Shown here: in pieces, positions 37,101 to 48,710 of the stretch
How the letters are laid out: every line of letters begins with the position of its first letter
Numbering within the stretch: the first letter of the stretch is position 1
Source of the DNA: Mobula hypostoma
Taxonomy: Eukaryota
Assembly (NCBI RefSeq): GCF_963921235.1
Contig: NC_086097.1
Span: forward strand, 99,016,001-99,080,000
DNA: 64,000 bases
Direction: 5' to 3'
Notes under the pieces: generated by a model
What the model was told of the DNA's origin: nothing
The model's input: the letters and a program-made list of their open reading frames with translations, nothing else
Databases searched by the model: none
Translations under genes and position numbers: made by a program

Positions 37101-40100
37101 TGAAGAGTACCTCTGTGAGAGGGAGATAGTGACGTATATCTCTGTGAGAGGGAGATAGTGAAGTGTATCGCTGTGAGGGGGAGATAGTAAAGTGTCAGAG
37201 GGAGATAGTGAAGTGTATCTCTGTGAGGGGGAGGCTGTGAAGTGTATCTCTCCGAGGGGGAGATAGTGAAGTGTATCTCTGTGAGCGGGAGATGGTGAAG
37301 TGTATCTCTGTGAGCGGGAGATGGTGAAGTGTATCTCTGTGAAGGGGAGATAGTGACATGTCCCTGTGTGATATTGAGATAGTGAAGTGTATCTCTGTGA
37401 GAGCGGGACACTGAAGTGTATCTCTGGGAGGGGGAGATAGTGAAGTGTATCTCTCTGAGGGTGAGATAGTGAAGTGTATCTTTGTGATAGGGAGATAGTG
37501 AAGTGTACGTCTGTGAGGGGGAGTTAGTGAAGTGTATCTGTGAGGGGGAGATAGTGAAATGTATCTGTGAGGGGGAGATAGTGAAGTGTACCTCTGTGAG
37601 GGGGAGATTGTGAAGTGTATCTCTGCGAGGGGGAGATAGTGAAGTGTATCTCTGTGAGGGGGAGTTAGTGAAGTGTATCTGTGAGGGGGAGATTGTGAAG
37701 TGTATCTCTGCGAGGGGGAGATTGTGAAGTGTATCTCTGGGAGGGGGAGATAGTGAAGTGTATCTCTCTGAGGGTGAGATAGTGAAATGTATCTTTGTGA
37801 GAGGGAGATAGTGAAGTGTACGTCTGTGAGGGGGAGTTAGTGAAGTGTATCTGTGAGGGGGAGATAGTGAAGTGTATCTGTGAGGGGGAGATAGTGAAGT
37901 GTACCTCTGTGAGGGGGAGATTGTGAAGTGTATCTCTGCGAGGGGGAGATTGTGAAGTGTATCTCTGTGAGGGGGAGGCAGTGAAGTGTACCTCTGTGAG
38001 AGGGAGATAGTGAAGTGTACCTCTGTGAGGGGGAGATAGTGAAGTTTAACTCCATGAGAGGGAGACAGTGAAATGTATCTCTGTGAGAGTGAGATAGTGA
38101 AGTGTATCTCTCTGACGGGGAGATAGTGAAGTGTATCTCTGTGACGGGGAGATAGTGAAGTGTAATTCTGTGAGAGGGAGATAGTGAAGTTTACCTCAGT
38201 GAGAGGGAGGCAGTGAAGTGCATCTCTGTGAGGGGGAGATAGTGAAGTGTACCTCTGTGATAAGCAGATAGTGAAGTGTATCGCTGTGAGGGGGAGATAG
38301 TAAAGTGTCAGAGGGAGATAGTGAAGTGTATCTCTGTGAGGGGGAGGCTGTGAAGTGTATCTCTGTGAAGGGGAGACAGTGAAATGTACTTCCGTGAGAG
38401 GGAGATAGTGAAGTGTATCTCTGTGAGAGGGAGATAGTCAAGTTTACCTCCATGAGAGGGAGACAGTGAAGTGTCCCTCTGTGAGGTGGAGATAGTGAAG
38501 TGTATCTCTGTGAGAGGGAGATAGTGAAGTGTATCTCTGTGAGAGGGAGATAGTGAAGTGTATCTCTGTGAGGGGGATTTAGTGAAGTGTATCTCTGAAG
38601 GGGAGATAATGAAGTGTACCTCTGTGAGGGGGAGGCAGTGAAGTGCACCTCTGTGATATGCAGATAGTGGTGTATCTCTGTGAGGGGGAGATAGTGAAGT
38701 TTATCTCTGTGAGAGCGAGATAGTGAAGTGTCCTTCTGTGAGGGGGAGGTAGTGAAGTGCACCTCTGTGAGGGGGAGATGGTGAAGTGTATCTCTGTGAG
38801 GGGGAGGTAGTGAAGTGTATCTCTGTGAGGGGGAGGCTGTGAAGTGTATCTCTGTGAAGGGGAGACAGTGAAATGTACTTCCGTGAGAGGGAGATAGTGA
38901 AGTGTATCTCTGTGAGAGGGAGATAGTCAAGTTTACCTCCGTGAGAGGGAGACAGTGAAGTGTCCCTCTGTGAGGTGGAGATAGTGAAGTGTATCTCTGT
39001 GAGAGGGAGATAGTGAAGTGTCCCTCTGTGAGGGGGAGGTAGTGACGTGTACCTCTGTGAGGGGGAGATAGTGAAGTGTATCTCTCTGAGATGCAGATAG
39101 TGAAGTGTCCGTCTGTGATATGCTGATAGTAAATTGTATCTCTGTGATAGGGAGATAGTGAAGTGTCCTTCTGTGAGGGGGAGGTAGTGAAGTGTATCTC
39201 TGTGAGACGGAGAGAGTGAATTGTACCTCTGTGTAGGGGAGATAGTGATGTGTACCTCTGTGTGGGGGAGATGGTGAAGGGAATCTCTGTGAGGGGGAGA
39301 TAGTGAAGGGAATCTCTGTGAGGGGGAGATAGTGAAGCGAATCTCTGTGAGGGGGAGATAGTGAAGTGTATCTCTGTGAGGGGCAGATAGTGAAGTGTAT
39401 CTCTCTGAGATGCAGATAGTGAAGTGTCCGTCTGTGAGGGGGAGGTAGTGAAGTGTATCTCTGTGAGACGGAGAGAGTGAATTGTACCTCTGTGTGGGGG
39501 AGATAGTGATGTGTATCTCTGTGTGGGGGAGATGGTGAAGGGAATCTCTGTGAGGGGGAGATAGTGAAGCGAATCTCTGTGAGGGGGAGATAGTGAAGTG
39601 TATCTCTGTGAGGGGGAGATAGTGAAGTGTACCTCTGTGAGTGGGAGATAGTGACTTGTCCCTTTGAGAGGGGGAGATAGTGAAGTGTACCACTGTGAGA
39701 GGGTGATAGTGAAGTGTACCTCTCTGAGGGGGAGATTTGAAGTGTATCTCTGTGAGGGGGAGATAGTGAAGTGTATCTCTGTGAGAAGGAGATAGTGAAG
39801 TGTATCTCTGTGAGAGGGAGATAGTGAAGTGTACCTCTGTGACAGGGAGGTAGTGACGTGTATCTCTGTGAGGGGGAGATAGTGTATTGTACTTCCGTGA
39901 GAGGGAGATAGTGAAGTGTATCTCTGTGAGAGGGAGATAGTCAAGTTTACCTCCGTGAGAGGGAGACAGTGAAGTGTCCCTCTGTGAGGTGGAGATAGTG
40001 AAGTGTATCTCTGTGAGAGGGAGATAGTGAAGTGTACCTCTGTGAGGGGGAGATAGTGAAGTGTATCTCTCTGAGATGCAGATAGTGAAGTGTCCGTCTG

Positions 40101-41315
40101 TGATATGCTGATAGTAAAGTGTATCTCTGTGAGAGGGAGATAGTGAAGTGTCCTTCTGTGAGGGGGAGGTAGTGAAGTGTATCTCTGTGAGAGGGAGATA
40201 GTCAAGTTTACCTCCGTGAGAGGGAGACAGTGAAGTGTCCCTCTGTGAGGTGGAGATAGTGAAGTGTATCTCTGTGAGAGGGAGATAGTGAAGGGAATCT
40301 CTGTGAGGGGGAGATAGTGAAGCGAATCTCTGTGAGGGGGAGATAGTAAAGTGTATCTCTGTGAGAGGGAGATAGTGAAGTGTCCTTCTGTGAGGGGGAG
40401 GTAGTGAAGTGTATCTCTGTGAGACGGAGAGAGTGAATTGTACCTCTGTGTGGGGGAGATAGTGATGTGTACCTCTGTGTGGGGGAGATGGTGAAGGGAA
40501 TCTCTGTGAGGGGGAGATAGTGAAGTGAATCTCTGTGAGGGGGAGATAGTGAAGTGTATCTCTGTGAGGGGGAGATAGTGAAGTGTATCTCTCTGAGATG
40601 CAGATAGTGAAGTGTCCGTCTGTGAGGGGGAGGTAGTGAAGTGTATCTCTGTGAGACGGAGAGAGTGAATTGTACCTCTGTGTGGGGGAGATAGTGATGT
40701 GTATCTCTGTGTGGGGGAGATGGTGAAGGGAATCTCTGTGAGGGGGAGATAGTGAAGCGAATCTCTGTGAGGGGGAGATAGTGAAGTGAATCTCTGTGAG
40801 GGGGAGATAGTGAAGTGTACCTCTGTGAGTGGGAGATAGTGACTTGTCCCTTTGAGAGGGGGAGATAGTGAAGTGTACCACTGTGAGAGGGTGATAGTGA
40901 AGTGTACCTCTCTGAGGGGGAGATTTGAAGTGTATCTCTGTGAGAGGGAGATAGTGAAGTGTATCTCTGTGAGGGGGAGATAGTGAAGTGTACCTCTGTG
41001 ACAGGGAGGTAGTGACGTGTACCTCTGTGACAGGGAGGTAGTGACGTGTATTTCTGTGAGGGGGAGATAGTGACATTTCCCTCTGTGAGAAGGAGAAAGT
41101 GACGTATATCTCTGTGAGAGGGAGATAGTGAAGTGTACCTCTGTGATGTGGAGATAGTGAAGTATATCTCTGTGAGAGGGAGATAGTGAAGTGTATCTCC
41201 GTGAGGGGGAGATAGTGTAGTGTATCTCTGTGATGGGAGATAGCGAAGTGTCCCTCTGTGATGGGAGATAGTGAAGTGTACGTCTGTGAGAGCGAGATAG
41301 TGAAGTGTATGTCTA
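34150..41315. repeat. 29-bp minisatellite (GTGAAGTGTATCTCTGTGAGGGGGAGATA), ~7.1 kb
   Basis: Tandem units read directly; variant blocks are duplicated at kb scale. Confidence 0.97.
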
Positions 41316-41443
41316 TGCAAGTGATCCAGCCTTAACTGCCATGACCCCACCTGCATAAAAACTCCGGTTACTTTATCATAGCCTGTTCCTCTTTCCTATT
41401 ATCCCCTCTCCACTGATAAGAACTGGACCGGGGTCTGATTTAC

Positions 41444-41548
41444 CTTTTCCTCCTGAGTTGCCAACAGTTTCTCAAAAGCGTCATGCCATTTGATGAAGGA
41501 ATCCACAGTTTCCACAGTCGTTCCCAATTCACTAGATTTCAAGTAAAC
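41444..41548 (-). CDS. SPTBN5: Spectrin beta V coding exon (VYLKSSELGTTVETVDSFIKWHDAFEKLLATQEEK), phase 0/0
   Basis: ttcag| acceptor and |gtaaat donor; 105 nt; LG-x-x-V..V..I..H..FEK spectrin AB motif; too short for the ORF track. Confidence 0.9.
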
Positions 41549-41774
41549 CTGAAATAAGATCACAATGAATTAGAACTTCACTGTCTCTTTGAATATCCAA
41601 CTACAAGTAGACTCTTGCATTTCCAGCCACTTTCCCTTTGCCCTTGAGAATCCGGATCAACCTTCATAATGCCAATAGTGCTTGAGGTTAGAGGGTGACT
41701 TAAAGGAGGCTCCTGCAGAAAACTCCATCACCAAGTTAGTTCATCTGCCAGGAAGAAACAAATCAAAAGCTAAA

Positions 41775-43320
41775 TAAGACCATTAGATATAGGAGCAGAA
41801 TTAGGCCATTTGGCCCATCACGTCTGCTCTGCCATCTCATCATGGCCATTATCCATCTCAGCCGCAATTTTCTGCCTTCTCCCTGTATCCCTCCATGTCT
41901 GAGCAATCAAAAACCTATCAACTTCTGCCAGAAATATTTATAAAGAGTTGGCCTCCACAGCTTCCTGTCGCAAAGAATTCCACAGATTCACCATTGTCTG
42001 CCTAAAGGAATTCTGCCTCATCTCTCTTCCAAAAATTTGCCCCTCTATTCTGAGGCTGTGCCCCTCTCTCACCATAGGAAATGTCCTCTCCACATCCACT
42101 CTATCAAGACCCTTCACTATTCGATGGGTTTCAATTAGGTCACCCCTTATTCTCCAAATTCTAGTGAATACTGGCCCAGAGCCATCAAATGCTCTTCATA
42201 TGACAAGCCGTTTAATCCTGGAATCATTTTTGTGAACCTCCTTTGAACCTTCTCCAATTTCAGCACATTGTTTTTCAAATAAGGTGCCCAAAACTGCTCA
42301 CAATAGTCCTCCAGTGCCTTCTAAAGCACATCCGTGCTTTTGTATTCAAGTCCTCTTGAAATAAATGCTAACATTGCATTTGTCTTTTTCACCACAAATA
42401 TAACTGGCAAATTAATCTTTAGGGAATCCTGCATAAGGACTCCCAAGTCCTTTTGCACCTCGGTTTTATGAATTTTCTCTCCATTCAGAAAATAGTCAAC
42501 CTTTTCAAATTTCTAACAAAGTGCATGACCATACACTTCCCGACACTGTATTCCATCTGCCACTTTTTTGTCCATTCTCCTAATCTAAGTCCTTCTAGCC
42601 TCTCTGTCCTCAAAATTACTTGCCCTTCCACCTACCTTTGTATCATCTGCAAACTTTGCAACAAAGCCATCAACTCCATCATCCAAATCATTAACATATA
42701 ACGTAAAAAGCTCTCCCAACACAGATCCCTGTGGAATACCGCTAGTCATCGGCAGCCAACCAGAAAAGGCTCCCTTTATTCCCACTCTTTGCCTCCTGCC
42801 AATCAGCCAATACTCTAGTCATGCTAGTATCTTTTCAGTTATACCATGGGCTCTTAACTTGTTAAGCAGTCTCACATGTGGCACTTTGTTAAAGGCCTTC
42901 TGAAAATCCAAGTACACAACATCAACTGGTTCTCCTTTGTCTATTCTGCTTGTTATTTCCTCAAAGAATTCCAATGGATTTGTCAGGCAAGATTTCCCCT
43001 TGAGGAAACCATGCTGACTATGGCCTATTTTATCATGTGCCTCCAATTGACTCCAACATCTTCCCAACTACTGAGGTCAGACTAACTGGCCTATAATTTC
43101 CTTCCTTCTCCCTCTCTCCTGTCTTGAAGAGACTGCAAATTTCCAGTCTTTTGGAATCATTCCAGAATCTAGTGATTCTTGAAAAATCATTACTAATGCC
43201 TTCATGATCTCATCAGCCACCTCTTTCAGAACTCTGGGGTGTACACCATCTGGTCCAGGTGACTTATCTGCCTTCAGACCTTTCAGTTTCCCAAGAACCT
43301 TCTCTCTAGTTATGGCAACT
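41775..43320 (-). mobile_element. 5'-truncated CR1 (RT region plus 3' end), decayed
   Basis: SPGPDGVHPRVLKE, QHGFLKGKSCLTN, GIPQGSVLG and KFADDT in minus-strand ORFs; CR1 3' hairpin near 41790-41820. Confidence 0.92.
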
Positions 43321-43606
43321 TGCAGATACTGGAAATCTGAAAGAGAAGCACTCAGCAAACCAGACAGTAACTGTGGAGGGAAGAATGGGGATAGTGGCTC
43401 AGGTTGAGGACTTTGATCAGAATTTGGTGCAAATTTCATTGATCTTAATTAGTTAACCCCGTTTCTCTCTCCGTGAATGCTGCTTGCCATGCTGAGTGTT
43501 TACAGCATTCTCTATTTCCCTTTCAGACTTCCAGCAGCTGCAAGCACTTTTATCTTCAAACAAAACCAAACTGAAAAGGCTGGCCATCTGAAATGTGCCT
43601 GGTTAG

Positions 43607-44815
43607 AACATAGAAGAGTACGACACAGGAACAGGTCCTTAGGCCACAATGTTGTGCCAAACCAAATAAATTAGTAATCAAATGGCCAACTAAACTAATC
43701 CCTTATGTCTACACAATGTCCATATCCTTCCATTTTCCTCATATTCATGTGCCTATCTAAATGTCTCTTAAAAGTCCTTAATGTACGTATCTGTCTCTAC
43801 CACCACCCCAGCCAGCACATTCCAGGCACCCACCACTTCCTGTTTAAAAACATCTTACGCCTCACATCTCCATTGAATTTACTTCACCTCACCTTAAATG
43901 CACGGCCTCTGATATCAGGCATTTCTATCCTGGGAAAAAGATACTGTCTGTCTGCTCTGTCTATAGATTTCATAATCTAATAAACCTCTATTAGGTCTCC
44001 CCTCAGCCTCACCATTCCAGAGAAAGCAACACATGTTTGTCCAACCTCTCGTTATAACACATGCCCTCTAATCCAGGCAGCATCCTGGTAAACCTCTTCC
44101 ACACCTCTCCAAAGCCTCGACATCCTTCCTATAATGGGGTGACCAGAACTGTATGCAATGCTCCAGATGAGGCCTAACCAGAGTTTTGTAAAGCTGTAAC
44201 GTAACCTTCTGACTTTTGAACTTAGTGCCTTGACTTATAAAGGCAAGCATGCCATATGCCTTTTTAACCAGCCTACCACCCTGAGCAACACCACAAAGTG
44301 CTGGAGGAACTCAGCAGGCCAGGCAGCATCTATGGAAAAAAGTACAGGTGACGTTTCGGGCCGAAACCCTTCATCAGGGCTATCAACCTGTGTAGCCATT
44401 TGCAGGGAGCTATGAACCTGAACTCAAAAATCCCTCTGCTCATCAACACCATTAAGGTTCTTGCCCTTAACAATGTACTTCCTCTTTACATCTGACCTAC
44501 CAAGGTGCAACAGTTCACATTTGGCCAGGTTAAACTCCATCCGCCATTTCTCTGCCCATATCTACAAATGATCTATATCCCATTGTATTCTTTGCCAGTT
44601 TTCTACGCTATCCACACCACTAGTCTTCATATTATCCTCAAATTTACAAATCCACCTAACTACACTTCCATCCAGATTATTTACATATATCACAAAAGTC
44701 TCAGTACAGATCCCTGTGGAACACCACTGATCATAGACCCCCAGTCCCTTCGACTTCAATGAACAAGCCAGCTGCGAATACAAACAGCCAATCCAACACT
44801 GACCCCATGCATCTT
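43607..44815 (-). mobile_element. 5'-truncated CR1, a second subfamily, decayed
   Basis: LQLYKTLVRPHLEHCIQFWSPHYRKD; KFEDN at the position of FADD. Confidence 0.88.
44284..44379 (-). mobile_element. Short Penelope-type terminal-repeat insertion carrying a hammerhead core
   Basis: Minus strand CUGAUGA-A-GGGU(UUCG)GCCC-GAAAC-GUC at 44350-44377; flanked by a diverged duplication ctaccaccctg / ctatcaacctg; sits inside an older CR1. Confidence 0.65.
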
Positions 44816-45607
44816 AGTTGGAAACTGAGGTACTTCTCTTTGAGCTTCCATTGAGTTTCATTGAAACAGCGAGAGGTCAAAGACAGGGGTTCAAAGCCAC
44901 TGGAAGGTCAGGCTCATCTCTGTGGACTGAAAGGAAAAGTTCTAAAAGGCAGACACTCAGTTTGCACTTGGTATCTGCAATACAAAGAGCAAGTATTACA
45001 AGCACTGAATGCAGTGTCCTGCATTGGATTAAGATGAAGTGAATCACCTCTGTTTTCATTCGGATCCTACTCTTACACCTCACCCAGGCCTTTCACCCTC
45101 TCTCAGCAGCAACACAGCCACCTGTGAGCATTCTGTCTCTTTAGCTTTCCAGCCAGTCAGAGACATCCCTTTACTGCTCTTCACCTTCTCTGCTACTTAA
45201 AGCATATTGAATTCCTAACTCACATGGCAACTGGTTTGGAACAAGGGAAGTCCACAATGCTACAATGCTTCTGAAGACTGAGGTGTGGGAGGTACAGAGG
45301 AGAGCCTCATTACCCAAAGTATATCATTCTGGCAATACTTTCAACTGACACTCTTCCCAATAAAAGTACAAAATGCTTCTTGAACCTGTACTGTAAAGCG
45401 TTGTGCTAGCCACTACGCTACTGCGACTGTTCCTAACGCCCCAGATCGAAAATCTCTCAACCTTCATTAGCATAAAGCACAAAAACACAGCAGCAACAGA
45501 AATATTCATTGCCCCGGCTGGATCCCGGCACTCCAATGGTTAAACACACTATGACAGATGTCATTACAGCAAGCTTGCCTTGCACTAAGTGCTGGAGGGC
45601 ACAACCG

Positions 45608-47044
45608 TTAAAGAATATTGCTTAGTAAATGTGCTCTGACCTTGAGAAATAAGCTCATTGACTTCCCACAGGACACGTGCAGCACGTTGGGAATGCTGTG
45701 GCTACTCTCTGTGCATCCACCACCGAGACTGACGTTTGGCGGGCTACATGTGTTCATCCTGCGGTGATCTTCACCGCCGCAAGCACACTGCATGGGGAGA
45801 CTTCCCACCTTCTCCATCAGCTGTGGTTTGACTTCGGAAAGTGTGCTGACAAAGTTCTGGGGTGAGCTGCTGATCCTCCGCTCGGGCAGGGTACCGGGGG
45901 CACGCTGGGCATGGTTGCTCGGGGTCAGGCTGATGGAGACCACAGGGCCGCAGCTGTTGGGGAGGGAGGGACTGAAGATGCAGTTCAGGGAGCAGCAGGA
46001 GGGCTTGTCCGGCCAACCGGCCTCTTCCAGCTCAGGCTGCCTGCGTAGCATGAGCACCGTCTGAGAGAAGTGGGCTGGAGGACCCGTGGAGGCAATCACG
46101 CCCTGCGCCCGTGCGGACCTGCACAAGCTGGAGGCAGTGGGCGTGCCACCGACGGGGAGCTGGTGACTTGACGTGCGCACCACGGACAGCGGGGTGACGG
46201 TCAGTGAGGCCACGTGATGCCCTGGCACAGTCCGTGCTGCAGCCAACGTCACCTGCAGTCTGCTCACCCGGTGGGCTGGCTCAGGCGTGCCAGAGGACAG
46301 GCAGCGGAGGCCTGAAGTGCCAGGCTCCATCCGGCCTTTGTCACCTTTCACAACGGTCTTCGGCGCCGAAATAGATGGCAAGGAGAGTGAGGAGACTAAA
46401 GCCGAGGTGGCTTTAGACGCAGGCAGGATCTGGTGCACTGCCACGGTCTTGTTCCTCTTGAGGACGCCAGGTTTGCAGGCCTGGCTGACTGCCGCTCCCA
46501 CGGAGCCGTGGCTCTGAAACTGGGCAGGAGAACTGGGCCCTGGGGAGGGTGTCCTGCCAGAAGCACCTGCACACGGTGAGACCAAATGCTTGCTCTGGGT
46601 AGCACCCGTCACTTGGCCGGCGGAGAGCTCGGGTGCGGGTGGAAGCGGTGGAGCGAATGCCAGCGTGATATCCATTCTGGAGACACAGCGTGGTGCTGGC
46701 TCGGCTGTGGATGCTGTCCCCAGCATTGAGACCGAGCGTGCGGGGAGTACTGTTCCTGGGGGGGCCGGCCAAAGCTTCTTGCAGACCGTGAATCGCTGCA
46801 TTCTGTTGCTGTGCCTCGACATTTTAAACCTCTCATCACCTGGGACTGGCCCTTCGTCCATGAAGTCTGCAAGGACTGACAAGCGCACAAACTCCGCCAC
46901 TGACTGAACACACCCAGAAGTCAGACCACCAGCATCTTGAAGGATGCAATCCACCTCATTAACGGCAAGTGATCCAAACAGCCCCCTGTGTAGCCTACCA
47001 GCAGCAGGAGAAGCAAGCGAGTTAGAGAGGTTAAGACTCCAGTA
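45608..47044 (-). other. Intronic, non-repetitive, Ser/Pro/Ala-rich open frame (candidate unannotated alternative exon or nested ORF)
   Basis: Stop-to-stop frame 47044..45608 (includes ORF 45608..46954); visibly GC/CpG-richer than its flanks; in-phase donor AAG|gtcaga at 45641; no domain recognised. Confidence 0.5.
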
Positions 47045-47959
47045 CTAATCGGACTGCATCTGAACAGCACCTCCAGTGTGAGAGCCTGGCTGGCTCTGAG
47101 TGAGTGCTGATATCCCTTTGAGAGTCTGCTGGATCAAGCCCTCGTTTCTAGAGGAAGATTTTTCTCCTTTAAACACTTGAGCGGCACCAAGCTGTGAGGA
47201 AATTGGCACATTCCTCCACTTTTTAGTCCAGGAGCAAAAAAAAAAGGGAAAAGGATAAAGCTGAGAAAGTATAAGCTCACTGAAACCTTCCTGCCAAAAT
47301 GAAGTCACTTGCAAACAGCAGTACAGTTCTCACTTCAGACTGGTTGTGTGTCAATAGCCACATAGAACTGTTGCTAACTGTGGGATTATGTAGTTCTTTC
47401 TTGAAAACTTTGACTTCCTAATGCTCTGCGCCCTGTTAAATTAAATGCCTCACTAGTTCTATGAGCGATATTAAATTTGCACTGTTCCTGACCTCCTCCT
47501 TCAGCCAAAAAACTGTCACCAGGCATTACCCCTCCCTGAAAGATGAGCACGCGTCAAGGTGGTTGTTAAATCTGGGGGAGACATTTCTATCCTTTTAGTT
47601 TTTTGCTTGAATTAATTCCCCCTAAACTTTGTGCATATCTTGGGGATCTCCTCCAACCTGTTTCTAATGTACTCGGGAGTTGACAGTTCACAAAGATTCT
47701 TTTTCATTCCACGTGAAATGACTGCGAGTCTGTGAGACAACAGAAGCAGGTTTGAGGCCAAGCAACATTTTCAGGCCAGGAGAGCGGAGATAGCATTTCC
47801 TGTCCTGCCAACAAGTGGCACACCACGTAGCAGGGACACAACTCATTCCTAACAACGGAGGTGTACACTAAGAAAGTGGTGCTAATTATACGTGGACTGT
47901 TTGCACCCAAAGGCAACAATGCCAGGTGCACACGCCCAGAGGCGCAAAGGAATATAAAG

Positions 47960-48710
47960 GACAAAGATATACACAGAGTCAGTGATTGAATATACGTAAA
48001 TGGGGGAGAATATACCCAGGAGAGAGCAAAGGAAGATTATTAGGGGTGAGCACACATCTGGAACCACAATGTAATTAAATGAGGGAGTGAAAATAATGTA
48101 AATACATGGGGATCTGTACACACTAATGAATGAGCCTAACATTCAGAGACATGATGTAATGAATGAGGGAGTATTAACAGACAAAGATGGTGATGTAATG
48201 CAATTGAGCGCATACATCTAGAGACAGTGATGTAATATTTATGCACACAGACAGTGACACATGTTGGTATAACCCATATGAGTGCCCACAGAGAGACAAA
48301 TAATGCATGAATTCAAGAGACAATGATGCAAATTAATCAGTGCATACACCCAGAAGTGACAACAAACAAGGGGGAATGTATAGAGAAGGTAATGTAATAT
48401 AGATTGTATACATCCAGAAACACAATACAACATACATAATATGTACCTGGGGCTATGATGAAATATACAGGAGGGCGTGTATGCACTCAAAGGCACAATA
48501 TAACGCACGTGAGAGGGTTGTACATGCATCCAGAGCTTTTACATACTACAGATGGACATGGTGACACAGTGTGATGTAAGTGAGTTTGTGCACCCACAGT
48601 CAGGGAATGTATGCACTTAAAGACGTGATATAAGAAACATGATGATCTAATATCAGGGCTCTGTACATCCAGGCAAAGTGTTGTAATTGGAGTGAGTAAA
48701 GAGCATTGCA
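47960..48710. repeat. Highly decayed tandem repeat (~35-40 bp; cagagacagtgatgtaat-like core)
   Basis: Recurring acacagagtcagtgattgaat, cagagacatgatgtaat, tagagacagtgatgtaat, gacacagtgtgatgtaag. Confidence 0.6.

Noticed and set aside
34068..41356. Long ORFs up to 791 aa in the 29-bp array
   Set aside because: The C-rich strand of the repeat unit lacks stop codons; the translations are periodic and have no domain or splice support.
46985..46996. Acceptors ggtag| (46994) and cacag| (46985) as direct partners of exon 59690
   Set aside because: Both are phase 2 relative to the long frame, while the upstream exon ends in phase 0, so direct splicing would be out of frame.
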